DNA from: an uncultured Methanosarcinaceae archaeon
GTDB lineage: Archaea; Halobacteriota; Methanosarcinia; Methanosarcinales; Methanosarcinaceae
Direction: 5' to 3'
Length of the DNA stretch: 64,000 nucleotides
NCBI GenBank assembly: GCA_963727895.1
Contig: CAVSHT010000013.1
Coordinates: 64,001-128,000 of the forward strand
Position numbers and translations under genes: made by a program
Notes under the pieces: generated by a model
The model's input: the letters and a program-made list of their open reading frames with translations, nothing else
What the model was told of the DNA's origin: nothing
The model's database searches: none
Part shown: piece after piece, positions 22,139 through 33,356 of the stretch
How positions within the stretch are numbered: the stretch's first letter is position 1
Layout of the letters: the number at the start of each line of letters is the position of its first letter

Positions 22139-22747
22139 ATGCTCACATATACCGAAGGCGTGGCTGCAGTCAAACTTGCAAGGAAAACAATTGAGTTGTT
22201 TTTATCTGAAGAAAGGTTTCCGGAACCTCATGAGCTGGGTCTTGATCTTCCACCGATTTTCGGGGAAAAGAGAGGAGTTTTTGTTACTCTCACGGAAAAC
22301 GAATTACTAAGAGGATGTATAGGTCACCCGTTTCCAGATTCTACACTTGAGGATGCAATAATGGATTCCGCAATTTCTGCGGCGACTCGCGATCCTCGTT
22401 TTCTACCGGTAGGAGAAGATGAACTTGATCATCTGGTTATTGAAGTAACAATTCTTACTCTACCTGAAAAGATTAATGCTCCTGCCGAAGAACTCCCAGA
22501 GCGTATAAAAATTGGAAAACATGGCCTTATTGTAAAGCAGGGATACTGCCAGGGACTGTTGCTTCCTCAAGTTGCTCCTGAGCATGACATGGATTCGATT
22601 GAGTTTCTAAACCATACATGTTTGAAGGCAGGTCTTTCTCCTGACGCCTGGCTCAAAGGAGCTGAAGTCTCCTGTTTTGAAGGGCAGATTTTCAAGGAAA
22701 AGGAATCTAATGGCGAAATTGTTGAGGAAAATCCGTCACAAGATTGA
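22139..22747 (+). CDS. AMMECR1-domain protein
   Basis: GVFVTL, LRGCIG, DPRF, GLLLPQVA, CLKAGL. Confidence 0.9.
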   Translation: MLTYTEGVAAVKLARKTIELFLSEERFPEPHELGLDLPPIFGEKRGVFVTLTENELLRGCIGHPFPDSTLEDAIMDSAISAATRDPRFLPVGEDELDHLVIEVTILTLPEKINAPAEELPERIKIGKHGLIVKQGYCQGLLLPQVAPEHDMDSIEFLNHTCLKAGLSPDAWLKGAEVSCFEGQIFKEKESNGEIVEENPSQD

Positions 22748-23261
22748 AATTTTTGATTTTTTAAAATTTTTTGATGTTTATTTAAGTGATTACCAACACG
22801 AGTAATATGCTCAGTAATAAGAGACAATAAAAAAGTTCCTTTGTAAAAATTCAAAAAAACATGTAAATCTAGAATTAATGGATAAAGATCAAAATATTCA
22901 AAGAAAATATATCAATAGTATAAAAGTATTTAAAATAATTGGTTAATATATTTAGCTTCATAGAGGTTATCAAATTAGATCTAAAAAATCCATATCTAAT
23001 TTGACAATTGTTTTTTGTGAGGTATCTCCCATATGTATTCTTGACTCCAATCAGTTCTATGCTATTCTATCAATCAATCCAACCTAAGAAAATAGGTACG
23101 TTCGTAGATAGTGAAAAAAGAGGTAAGTTTTTAAATTAAAATTCTAATTTGATGGTCTCATTATAGTGATTATATACTCTGGAATCAATTTAAGATTTGT
23201 TCCTATTTGATAAAATAAAGCTTTTTAGAACTCTAGAGTTTTTTTCATATTATTACTATAA

Positions 23262-23702
23262 TCATCGAATAACCATAACTGGTATCTTTGAATGTCTAAC
23301 GACATTTTCAGCTACGTTGCCAATCAGAAATCTTTTGATGCCTGTCAGTCCCTGTGTACCCATTACTATAAGATCAATATTGTTTTCCTCAGTATATTCA
23401 AGGATCTTTTCGGCAGGAATGCCTTTCAAAAATACAGACTCAATTTTGACTCCAGCATCTTTTCCCATCTTTTCCACTTCTTCAATTGCCACTTTCCCTT
23501 TATTCTCGAGGTATTCTTCAACTGCTTCACTCCAACCCGTAACCGTTCGCGTAGTCACTGAATTCTGAGTAGATATCACATAAAGAGTATGCACTTCAGC
23601 ACCTGTTATCTTTGCAATGTTTATTCCATATGAAGCAGTTTTTTCTGCATTTTCCGACCCATCAGTTGCAACAAGAATTCTTTTGAAAATATTTCCACTC
23701 AT
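23262..23702 (-). CDS. Universal stress protein
   Basis: ILVATDGS, DLIVMGTQG, IGNVAENVVRHSKIPVMVIR. Confidence 0.92.
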   Translation of the reverse strand: MSGNIFKRILVATDGSENAEKTASYGINIAKITGAEVHTLYVISTQNSVTTRTVTGWSEAVEEYLENKGKVAIEEVEKMGKDAGVKIESVFLKGIPAEKILEYTEENNIDLIVMGTQGLTGIKRFLIGNVAENVVRHSKIPVMVIR

Positions 23703-24434
23703 TCAATTACCCCCACATTACGATATGATAAAGAATATCTTTTTAAGGCATTTATTCTTTGTTTTAAAACTAGATTAAGGAAATTAACGAATAGAATTTA
23801 GTATGTAGTTATAACAGGTTTTATGTAGAAAGACAACTTAGGTCAGAAATAATTGTCAGAACCGCCAGAGCTTTTTGCTTTTTTCTCTGAAAATGGGAGC
23901 CAGGGCGATTAAAAAACAGATTTATAAGTGAAAAGTATATTTACTATTTATTCTTCCTCCACTAATTTTTAACCTTTATTTAGTCTTAAATTTCGATGCT
24001 GCCTCTACTATACTTTTATTTTAATTGTTAGTTATGATTTTATTTTTGATAAGTAAAATATTTTTTGAGATCCTGAATACATTTCTTTAAAAATATCTAT
24101 AGTTTGTATCTTTTACCTTTAAATAGGTTGAAGATAATTATGTTTTGCATTTTGAATTGTCAAACGCAATTCGATATGTGTTTGAAGAGACTCAAAGCAG
24201 AATGCTTTGCAGCGAAAAATGTTTAGGAATAAAACTGTTTATGAAATAGTAATTTGAGATAGATTCCTGTTAACATATTAAGGGGAAAATTGCTTAGCAG
24301 GGTAGGATTTGCAGTGAAATCTCTTTGACTGGAAAGTGTAGATTTATACTTAACCCGTAAAATAGAGATATTATTATAATATTATATATATTAAAGTATA
24401 TTAAATAAAATCTGTTCAAGAGAGTGTAGATAAT

Positions 24435-25046
24435 ATGGCAAAAGAATTATACAAACTACCACCTTTAAAATATGGATATGAAGATCTGGCACCTTATATT
24501 TCGGAAGAGCAGCTACGGCTACATCATGACAAACACCATCGGGCCTATGTGACTAATGCAAACGCAGCCCTCGAAATGATGGATAAAGCAAGGAAAGAAG
24601 GAACTGACTTTGATTACAAGGCAAATGCAAAAGCTCTGTCTTTTAATCTAGCCGGGCATATTCTTCACGATTATTTCTGGAAGGAAATGACACCTGCAAG
24701 TAATTCAAGCAAAGAGCCAGTCGGGGAATTATCTGAAGTAATCAAGGAAAATTTTGGAAGCTTTGATAGATTTAAAAAAGAATTTTCTCAGGTAGCTTCA
24801 AGTGTGGAAGGATCAGGGTGGGCTGCATTGACCTACTGTAAAGACACAGAAAGGCTCATGATTATGCAGATTGAAAAACATAATGTAAATCTGGTACCTG
24901 ATTTTCCAATTATCATGGATCTGGATACCTGGGAACATGCTTACTATATTGATTACCGAAATGATCGAGCAAAATTCATAGAAGCCTTCTGGAATATAGT
25001 TAACTGGGAAGAAATAGACAAATGCTTCAAGAAAATAAGAAAATAA
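24435..25046 (+). CDS. sod: Fe/Mn superoxide dismutase
   Basis: HHDKHHRAYV, GHILH, GSGW, DTWEHAYY. Confidence 0.96.
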   Translation: MAKELYKLPPLKYGYEDLAPYISEEQLRLHHDKHHRAYVTNANAALEMMDKARKEGTDFDYKANAKALSFNLAGHILHDYFWKEMTPASNSSKEPVGELSEVIKENFGSFDRFKKEFSQVASSVEGSGWAALTYCKDTERLMIMQIEKHNVNLVPDFPIIMDLDTWEHAYYIDYRNDRAKFIEAFWNIVNWEEIDKCFKKIRK

Positions 25047-25327
25047 TTAAAAATTGTTTTTAACATATTTATCTCATTAAAATTAAATTTTTACAATTCT
25101 TTTTTGTATTAAAGTTATGAATATACGACTATGTAGAAATCCTTAATTTCGGGGTAGAAAATTTCTACAATTTATACATATGTTGTACATTATTAGTTCA
25201 ATTTTAATTACTTCGGGAGCGAAAAGTATTACAAATTCGAGAAGTGTTAAAAATTCCTTATTTCTTGGTTATAAATGAGTGTGATTTTCCACCATCTTTT
25301 TGATTTTATTCAAATTTAGCCTATAAT

Positions 25328-26323
25328 TTATGCTATCTGATTCAAGATATCTTCTATTCTAGAAACCAAAGGTTTTTCAGCCCATATATACATATAAGCG
25401 GGGAGTCTATACCTCGTAAAATTCTTGAAAAATTTCATTGTCAGACTATTAATTTTTGGAAATTCTCGAATTCTACCATTGCAAAAGACTTATTATCCTG
25501 TCAAAGCTACAAACCTGTGTAGTGAAGTCCAGATCTTCTCTTGGCTGTCTATCCGTGGAAAAAACAAGTTCAATCCAGGAACTCAATTCTTTTGTAAGAT
25601 GTCTTCGGGTTCCTCCTTCAACTACAATCTATGACTTTCCATTTTTAATATTTTCAAAATATTCTCTAAATGATTCTCCTTTTGCAAGAGTGTAGATAGC
25701 CCACATACCTCCGGTATGACTATCTGTAGTCGCAGCAAGTCCTATTCCGTATTTTCTGGCGAGTGCTGAAGTCACAAGGTTTTTTTCCATTACGTTTTGT
25801 ATGTTATATTCAACAACAGGAAACTGTTTTATAAGTTCAGGTATCGTCCACAGATTCGGACGGTCTCCGATAGCAAACCAAAAAGGATGATTATACATAT
25901 GTGGAAGGCCATGAATTCTAAGATAACGGATAAGCTTTTGAAATTATGCTCCTGATTTGCAATTAACTCAAGTTCATTGAACTCTTCTGAATCAAGTTCA
26001 AAAACGTTAACGTGTAAAGTGTGTCCTATATGATCAGCATCTTTAATTGAAATCTCAACCCCTGGAACCAATCCTTCCCTATCCCAACCAAGTAGATCGT
26101 AAGCTTTGACAGTATCATGGTCGATAAAAATCACATAATCAAGGCCTTGAGATTTTGCTTTCTCAAAAGGAACTACAGGATGCATTGTCTGAACAGGAGG
26201 GACATCGTAGGAACAGGAAGAGTGCACATGCAGATCCACTTTCTTCCATCCTTCCTGAAGAAGATTTTCTGCAACCTCAACGCTTACGTTTATTTTAGCA
26301 TCGGTTTTGGTTTTTCCTTGCAT
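25328..26323 (-). pseudogene. PHP-family protein, frameshifted
   Basis: DLHVHS, DHDT, NHPFW, TTDSHTG split over frames: frameshift ~25935, TAG at 25629-25631, another shift ~25485. Confidence 0.75.
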
Positions 26324-26664
26324 AAACAAGCACAACCATTATATTCAAAAATTCTGTGCATTATAAAAGTTTATGAATTCTTAATCAGTCAAAAGAATGA
26401 ATAAAGGATATAAAGAAATTTCGCTAAAAAATATATTTTTCAAATATTATCTATAGTCCTTAAAATTAAATATATATTTAACTAAGTAACTGCTATAAGT
26501 ACCCATTCTAGTTTTACTTTTAACGTCATAATCGGCATTTTGTTGCAGGAAAATCTCATTATATACTTTGGCAAAACGTTTAAGTATCTTTATGCCAATT
26601 ATATATAGAAAGTATATATAACGTATAGGTTTCTTCACAAATATGTATATTAACGAAAAATAAA

Positions 26665-28086
26665 ATGGACATTAACCGTGGAGCAATAACCTGGATGTTA
26701 CTGACCTATAAAATAAAACATAATCGGAATTTTTCAGAGGAACTCAAAAAAGCTCGAAAGGTTGCTGGGCTCTGTATTAAACATCAGACTCAAAAACGAA
26801 ACCTCAATTTATCTCCCATAAAAAAACCTGTTTCTTCTTTTTCATTTTCCCCTTCATCCTCATTTTCTACTCTTTCTGAGTTTTCTCATGACTTTCCGAT
26901 TATTTCCTCTACCCCTTCGCCTGGCTATCTGCCTGCTTCTGATTCATATATGGCATCTGAATCTCTTTCTCCTATGGATGTTAAGCATATAGGGTTGAAG
27001 TCAACAATTTCTAGTCAAATTCTCAAAAAATATTATAGAAACCGAGAATTCAGATCCGTAAAGAATGTGAAATTGATTATTCCTTCACGGGCAGTCAGTG
27101 TCGATAGGAAGGAGCAAACTCTTACAATTCCCTGCCTTAAACTTACGTTGAAATATCGCTTTTCCAACGACTTCAAAAAAATATCCCAAATAGAAATAGA
27201 CAGCGTTTATGCTTATGTAGCAATTGTCTTCCCTGATGATTAACTCAAAAATTCAGAACGCTATATAGGAGTTGATCGCAATACTAAAGGACATATTGCA
27301 GTTGTAGCGGACCCCGAATCCGGAAAAACCTGGAAGTTAGGAAAAATGCGCTACCATACGTATAAAAAATACGATAACATAAAAAAACGGCTCTATAATG
27401 AAGGCAGAAGTAAAGAATTAAAAGCGGTAGTAATTAGGGAAAAAAATATTGTTAAGGACTTGAATCATAAAATCAGCTGAAAGATTGTGGACATCTCCCT
27501 GTATAATGGATGCGGGATCAAACTAGAAAATCTTAAAGGAATCCGAAAATTCAACAGCAAAACTGGAGATGCAGAAAAAGGCACGAAAAATAAAATTAAA
27601 AACAAAAAAAAGGAACAAAATAGCGACAAAAACAGAAATAAAGAAATCGATAACAATTTATTCAATAATAAAAGAAAATCTAAAAAGCAATTATGGTCTT
27701 ATGAATACTCCCTGAACAGCTGGTCATTTCAGCAGCTTCAGCAATTTATTGAATATAAAGCCAGGCTGCAAGGAGTAGAGGTAGTTTATATTGATCCCCA
27801 TGCAACTAGCAAAAAATGCAGCCACTGCGGACATATAGGCAACCGACACAGCAAGCAATTTGAGTGTCCACACTGCGGGCACGTTGACCATGCCGATGTC
27901 AATGCCGCCTTTAATATAGTGTTGACGCCAAAAGGCAACGGTCAATTCTCTGCAGAAAGAGATGCAGGGAAAGGGAGCACTGATACCCCTCGACGGGTCC
28001 TGGACCGTACAATCTTCAGTAAACGTACATCCAGAAAAAAAACTTTTTCACAGTTTGCGTGGGAAGTATGTCAGTTTTTAAATTAA
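26665..28086 (+). pseudogene. tnpB: TnpB (IS200/IS605 family RNA-guided nuclease) with two nonsense codons; no tnpA
   Basis: One continuous frame apart from TAA 27241-27243 and TGA 27478-27480; RuvC YIGVDRN / IKLENL / [17 protein letters not shown] zinc finger. Confidence 0.88.
27950..28073 (+). ncRNA. Putative omegaRNA scaffold / IS right end
   Basis: Overlaps the tnpB 3' end; terminal hairpin TTTTTCAC-agtttgc-GTGGGAAG (28044-28066) followed by TATGTCA. Confidence 0.5.
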
Positions 28087-28261
28087 GACCTATGCTGTCC
28101 TTATCTAATTTAGAGATGTATTTGGGGTATACATGGAGAACATATGGGACATATATAGAAAGATATGGGCAAAATCTATACTAGGAGGATGTATATTTAC
28201 AACTCACAAACATATCAAAAATAAGAAAAGGGAAATAATCCCTTTCAGTTAATTCCTATTT

Positions 28262-30030
28262 TCAGGCAGTTTCAGCCGCTCTTTGAATTCCATCAATTTT
28301 TGTTCCACTTATTAGTGAAAGTGCTTCAGTGGGAATATAGACCTTACCAGTTACTTGAGCGTAAACAACTATTCCTTCGAGTTCATGAGCTACGCCATTT
28401 TTAATAAGAATATTTGTGTTCACTGGCATTTTGACATCTCCAATTTCCAGTACAGGATTTGAGGAAACTGTCATATTTAGCAAATATTCATTTTTATCCA
28501 GTTTTCCATCCCCATTGTCTTTGGAGAAAACCTTACCCACTTCAATAAAGAGATTCGAGTTAGTTTTGTTAAGATCAAAGCCAAGTTCTTTAGCTATATA
28601 TTTCGCAATGTAGGTATTATCTACATGACCTGTCAGATATTCAGAACCATAAGCCCAGAGAGGGACATCGTCTCCAATGTGTCCGTGAGTAGTCCAGCCA
28701 ATGATTGTGTGATTACGGCTGATTACCTCACTTATGGCATAGTCAAGTGAGAGACCTTTTCCATTGTTGTAAAGCTTAAGAATTTCAGTTATATCTTCAT
28801 CAGTAGCATCAATTCCCCACCAGGTTTTCAGCTGTTTTTTGATGTTTGTGGATGATAGATTAGTTCCTATTTTTGTCTCAAGACCTGTAGAACTAAGTTT
28901 CATACCTTTGAGTGGCTCAATTACATCTTCTAAGGTTGTGGATGTGTAATTGGAGTCAGAGTTACTGCCAATAGTCATGCTGCCTGTATTATGGTCAGGG
29001 AAAACCAAAACTAGAGTATGCCCATCTTTTTTAGCAAAATCAACTGCAGTCTTAACAGCTTTATCAAAAGCCAGGAAATCAGTTACAGCATAGATAGGAT
29101 CATTGGCATGGTTTGCCCAATCAACCTGATTGCCTTCGACCATTAAGAAGAAACCACTCTTGTTTTGGGATAACAGTTCGATGGACTTGTTGGTCATTTC
29201 TGCAAGAGAAGGCTGTTCAGGTGCAAGTGAAGAACGATCAATATCTGACATCATGTGGCTACTGGCAAAAAGACCCCATACCTTGCCAGTAGTCAGGTTC
29301 ATCATTTTGTCTCTGCTGTCAACATACTGGTAGCCTCTTTCAATAAGTATTTTTGTCAGGTTTTCTCCGTCAGTTCTTTCTCCTCCCTCAGATACAGGTG
29401 TAAGATAACTGGAACCGCCCCCAAATACTACATCAATATTCTCATAAATCATCTGTTTCATGATTTCGGTTTCGTTATCTCTGTTATCAACGTGAGCAGC
29501 AAAAGCCGCAGGTGTGGCATGGGTAACACGAGAGGTTGCTACAAGTCCTGTAGCCTTACCTTCGAGTTTTGAACCTTCAAGTACTGTTGCAAGCGGTCTG
29601 TACTGCAATTCTTCAGGTGGAATTTCCAGTGTACTTAACAAGAACTATTGCTCGGCCCTACGCTTAAAAAACCGTTAGTAGTTTTATATCCTGAAGCAAA
29701 TGCGGTTGCAGCTGAAGAAGAATCGGTAATAACTGAATCAGTGCTATAAGTAGACACTGTTCCAGTCACTATATTGTCAAGCTTGAAAGGTTTTCCGCTA
29801 TACCAGCGAGCTAAAGTTTCAACACTTTGCGAACAACCATCAGGAATCAGGACAATTACATTTTTTATTTTAGCTTCCGACGTTAAAGAAAAGTTGCAGT
29901 TAGTGGAGTTCGTAAAATCGATGTCATTGTTCAAGTCAAATTGGACAGCTGCTGCAGAACTAACATTTCCCAGCAGCAAAAGTCCTATTATAGAAATAAT
30001 TAGTAACGTATCTTTTTCCTCAATATCCAT
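28262..30030 (-). pseudogene. phoA: Secreted alkaline phosphatase, single frameshift at ~29640
   Basis: Signal peptide, LIPDG and TDSSSAATAF in 29635-30030; THATPAAF, VEGNQVDWANH, PDHNTG and GHIGDDV in 28262-29641. Confidence 0.85.
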
Positions 30031-30502
30031 AGAATTTCCTCAACAATAATTTTTTTTGAGTATTGATTTTAACATTTGATAAAAATACAAATTCCAATTT
30101 TAAAAAAGAAGCCATCTGTATTTGAATCTTCCTTATCTATTCTATATGCAACTTCATATTCAACATTTAAAAAAAGTAACTATGAACTCTATTTTGTAGT
30201 ACCAGCGATTTATAAAAATATTTAGAATATATAATGACTTTTGTGAATATTTTCAATTCGTTTTCAAGAACTCGGACTGGGGCCTGAATCATATATCTCC
30301 TTTAGAGTGTCCCTGCACATAAGTTGATTAAAGTATAATCATATTATGGGAAAACTAAAATATTCACATATAACAAATAACAAAGAACGAATCAAAAAAT
30401 AAATAGGATAGTACATAAATAAGAGATTAATAATAGATACTGAAAAAAAATTCATATAACTTAAAAAATATGGATATACTAGTTACAGTTAGGAGATAAA
30501 AA

Positions 30503-31003
30503 ATGGATAGTATAAAGTTGTTTAAAAAAACGACAGATATAATAAGTACAATTTTTCTTTACATGTTACTAGTTGCATTAGTTTTGGGAATGGCAAAAAC
30601 TTTAGTGGATATGCGTTTTATTTTGTTTGATTCCCTTGAAAGTGGATTCAATAGTATGGTGACAAGTATACTGACAGTTTTTGTTGTCATTGACCTTTTC
30701 AAGGCTTTTGTGGAGTATCAACAGAATGATAGGATTAAGCTTACAGATATAACAGATGCCACAATTCTAATAGTCTTGCGTGAAATTGCTGTTGGACTTT
30801 ATTCGCAAAAATTCGGATACGAATTTGTTTTAAGTTTGGCAATGCTACTGCTCGTACTGGGTATAATAAGAGTTCTAGCTATAAAATATTCTCCAGCAGA
30901 ACCAAAAGAGCATTATATCTCTGTGACGAAGGAAAACCAGCCTTCAAAAATAGGCTTTAGTGATATTTTTGATCGGTACAGTTTCATTCATAAAAACAAT
31001 TAA
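30503..31003 (+). CDS. PsiE-family membrane protein
   Basis: Four hydrophobic segments; ILTVFVVIDLFK, TDATILIVLREI. Confidence 0.75.
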   Translation: MDSIKLFKKTTDIISTIFLYMLLVALVLGMAKTLVDMRFILFDSLESGFNSMVTSILTVFVVIDLFKAFVEYQQNDRIKLTDITDATILIVLREIAVGLYSQKFGYEFVLSLAMLLLVLGIIRVLAIKYSPAEPKEHYISVTKENQPSKIGFSDIFDRYSFIHKNN

Positions 31004-31335
31004 TTCCTTATGAAGGTGATTAAAATATTCTTTTTAACACTAATAACTTTAACTAATATTTTCCAACCACTTTAGAAAATTAAATTACACTAATAAAGTA
31101 TATATTCAGGTCCAAAAAATATATTTAATTGAGAATATGCCATAAAAAAGAAAAATATATATACAAAAAAGTGTATACTTCTTTTGTAGCGTGGGAACAG
31201 AACACACACTAAACCAGAGAAATATACGAACAAAACCAAAGATATGCTATCAGTCAGATTTACTTAACTATCCCATGTTACTTATTTAGATTAAGCCCGT
31301 ATCTCAAAATCTCTTCATTTTCTTTTTTGTTAGGA

Positions 31336-31496
31336 ATAACTGGTATTTAACTATAGTGATATATTATGAGCCACTATATTTCTTTATGAATTGTCCAAGA
31401 TGTAAGAGTGCCAGTCACAAAAAGAATGGTATAGTTGGTGGTCGTCAACGCTACAAATGTCATGATTGTGGCTATAACAACTATACAGTAGAGCTA
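31336..31496 (+). mobile_element. Truncated divergent IS1 5' fragment
   Basis: MNCPRCKSASHKKNGIVGGRQRYKCHDCGYNNYTVEL, cut off by the next IS1 left end. Confidence 0.8.
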
Positions 31497-32236
31497 GGCA
31501 TTGGTACTAAAAAATAGATATATATGCTTATAACATATATTTCTTCATGAACTGCCCAAAATGTAATAGTTCCAGTCACAAAAAAAACGGTATAGTTGGT
31601 GGTCGTCAACGCTACAAATGCCATGATTGTGGATATAACTATACAGTAGAGCTAAAATCAACTGCTTTTTCCGTCTCTGTTAAAAAACAGGCTTTACAAC
31701 TTTATCTTGAAGGATTGGGCTTTCGTTCAATAGGAAGAGTTTTAGGGGTGAGTCATGTTTCTGTCCAAAGATGGATCAAGAAATTTGGTCAGGAGTTAGA
31801 GGACCTAAAAAGCGAAAATGAGATATCTATTGTTGAAATGGATGAGATGCACACTTACATCGGTAACAACAAAAATATTGCTGGATCTGGATTGCTGTTG
31901 ATAGAGTTGGGAAAAAGTTTATCAACTGCTCTTTTGATAGCAGAGGAACGGAAACTGGAAAACTACTCTGGGAAAAATTGAAGAAAAAAGAGATTGGAGA
32001 AGTGATGACCGATCACTGGAGAGCATATGCAGAGTTTCTTCCAGAAAAGATCCATACTCAATCAAAAGCAGAAACGTATACTGTTGAAGGATATAACAGC
32101 ACATTGAGGCACTTTCTGGCAAGATTGAGAAGAAAGACAAAGTGTTATACGAAGAGTCTTGAAATGCTAAAGTACTCGGTTATTCTATTGATGAAATAAA
32201 GAAATAAAGAGTTAAATATGTTTAGTTAACAATACC
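31497..32236 (+). mobile_element. IS1-family element (copy 2)
   Basis: Ends GGCATTGGTAC / GTTAACAATACC; InsA 31547-31981; InsB frame ends early at 32199; no target duplication. Confidence 0.92.
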
Positions 32237-32535
32237 CATAATTTAATAATCTGACATTTCTAGACGTTCAATCATTCAAGTTTATATCTCAATTTTCAGA
32301 ATATACATTTTTGTCTTCTCGTAGATTAGTTTGAAACATAGATTAGCCAAAATATATTCAAAGAAAAGTCTCAATCAACAAAAAATCATAACTGACCTAT
32401 ATAGTAAATATATTTAAGTTAGTAAACTAATTTTTTCTTTTTTATATTGTGACTAAATCGAATAACTATATATAGAGCTCTCTGAATTCTAATTCCAATA
32501 GTTGAAAAGAAAATGAGTGAGATAGAGGAATAAAT

Positions 32536-33279
32536 ATTAAAAAAATAGTACATATTTCAGATATTCATTTCTCAGAAGCATATTATATGCCTGAGATTGC
32601 AGATTCAATGATTGCAAATATAAATAAAAATTCTCCAGATATTGTAGTAGTTACTGGCGATCTGACAGAAAATGGACTTGCAGCTGAATATAATGGGGCA
32701 AAAAATTTCATTGATAGGATTGACTGCAAAAATAAGATAATAGTTCCTGGTAACCACGATTCAAGAAACGCCGGTTACCTCTTTTTTGAAGACCTTTTTA
32801 AAACCAGATCGACATTTGGACAATTTGGTGAAGTTACTGTTGTGGGGCTTGATTCTTCCCAACCGGAACTTGACGAAGGACACATAGGAAGAGAAAATTA
32901 CAGCTGGATAGAGAATACTTTTTCAGTAAATTGTTTCAAAGTTTTTGCCCTGCATCACCACCTTATTCCAATACCCAGAACTGGAAGAGGAAATAACGTA
33001 CTTGTAGATGCAGGAGATGTTCTGGAACTTCTTGACCACTCAGGTGTGAACCTTGTGCTATGTGGACACTGGCACATTCCCTGGGTCTGGAGATTAAATG
33101 ACATGCTTGTAATCAGTGCTGGAACTGTCTGCTCTTCCAAAATTCGTGGAAAAATGTCTCAGTGTTATAACTTAATCGAGATTGATGCGCCAGAATCCGA
33201 TTGCAAATGCTGGCATATACAGGTTTATAGAGTGTTTTCTCAAGGAGAAAAAGAGAAAGTTGTAGACAGCATAATTTGA
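32536..33279 (+). CDS. Calcineurin-like metallophosphoesterase (CpdA/Icc-like); apparent ATT start
   Basis: IVHISDIH motif lies upstream of the first ATG (32587); also VTGDLT, PGNHD, HHH, CGHWH. Confidence 0.8.
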   Translation: MKKIVHISDIHFSEAYYMPEIADSMIANINKNSPDIVVVTGDLTENGLAAEYNGAKNFIDRIDCKNKIIVPGNHDSRNAGYLFFEDLFKTRSTFGQFGEVTVVGLDSSQPELDEGHIGRENYSWIENTFSVNCFKVFALHHHLIPIPRTGRGNNVLVDAGDVLELLDHSGVNLVLCGHWHIPWVWRLNDMLVISAGTVCSSKIRGKMSQCYNLIEIDAPESDCKCWHIQVYRVFSQGEKEKVVDSII

Positions 33280-33356
33280 GCAAAATAACGATGGAAAAAA
33301 TATGAGAGTTTGTATTGAGACATTATAATAAGGATACAAAGAGCCCTTATATACTC

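Noticed and set aside
23127..23139. 13-nt match (GTTTTTAAATTAA) to the putative TnpB guide at 28074
   Set aside because: Low-complexity AT-rich match that ends after 13 nt; plausible by chance.
25629..25631. In-frame TAG as a pyrrolysine codon in the PHP gene
   Set aside because: The gene also has two frameshifts, so a nonsense mutation is simpler. Internal stops in the SIR2, tnpB and IS630 genes are TAA or TGA.
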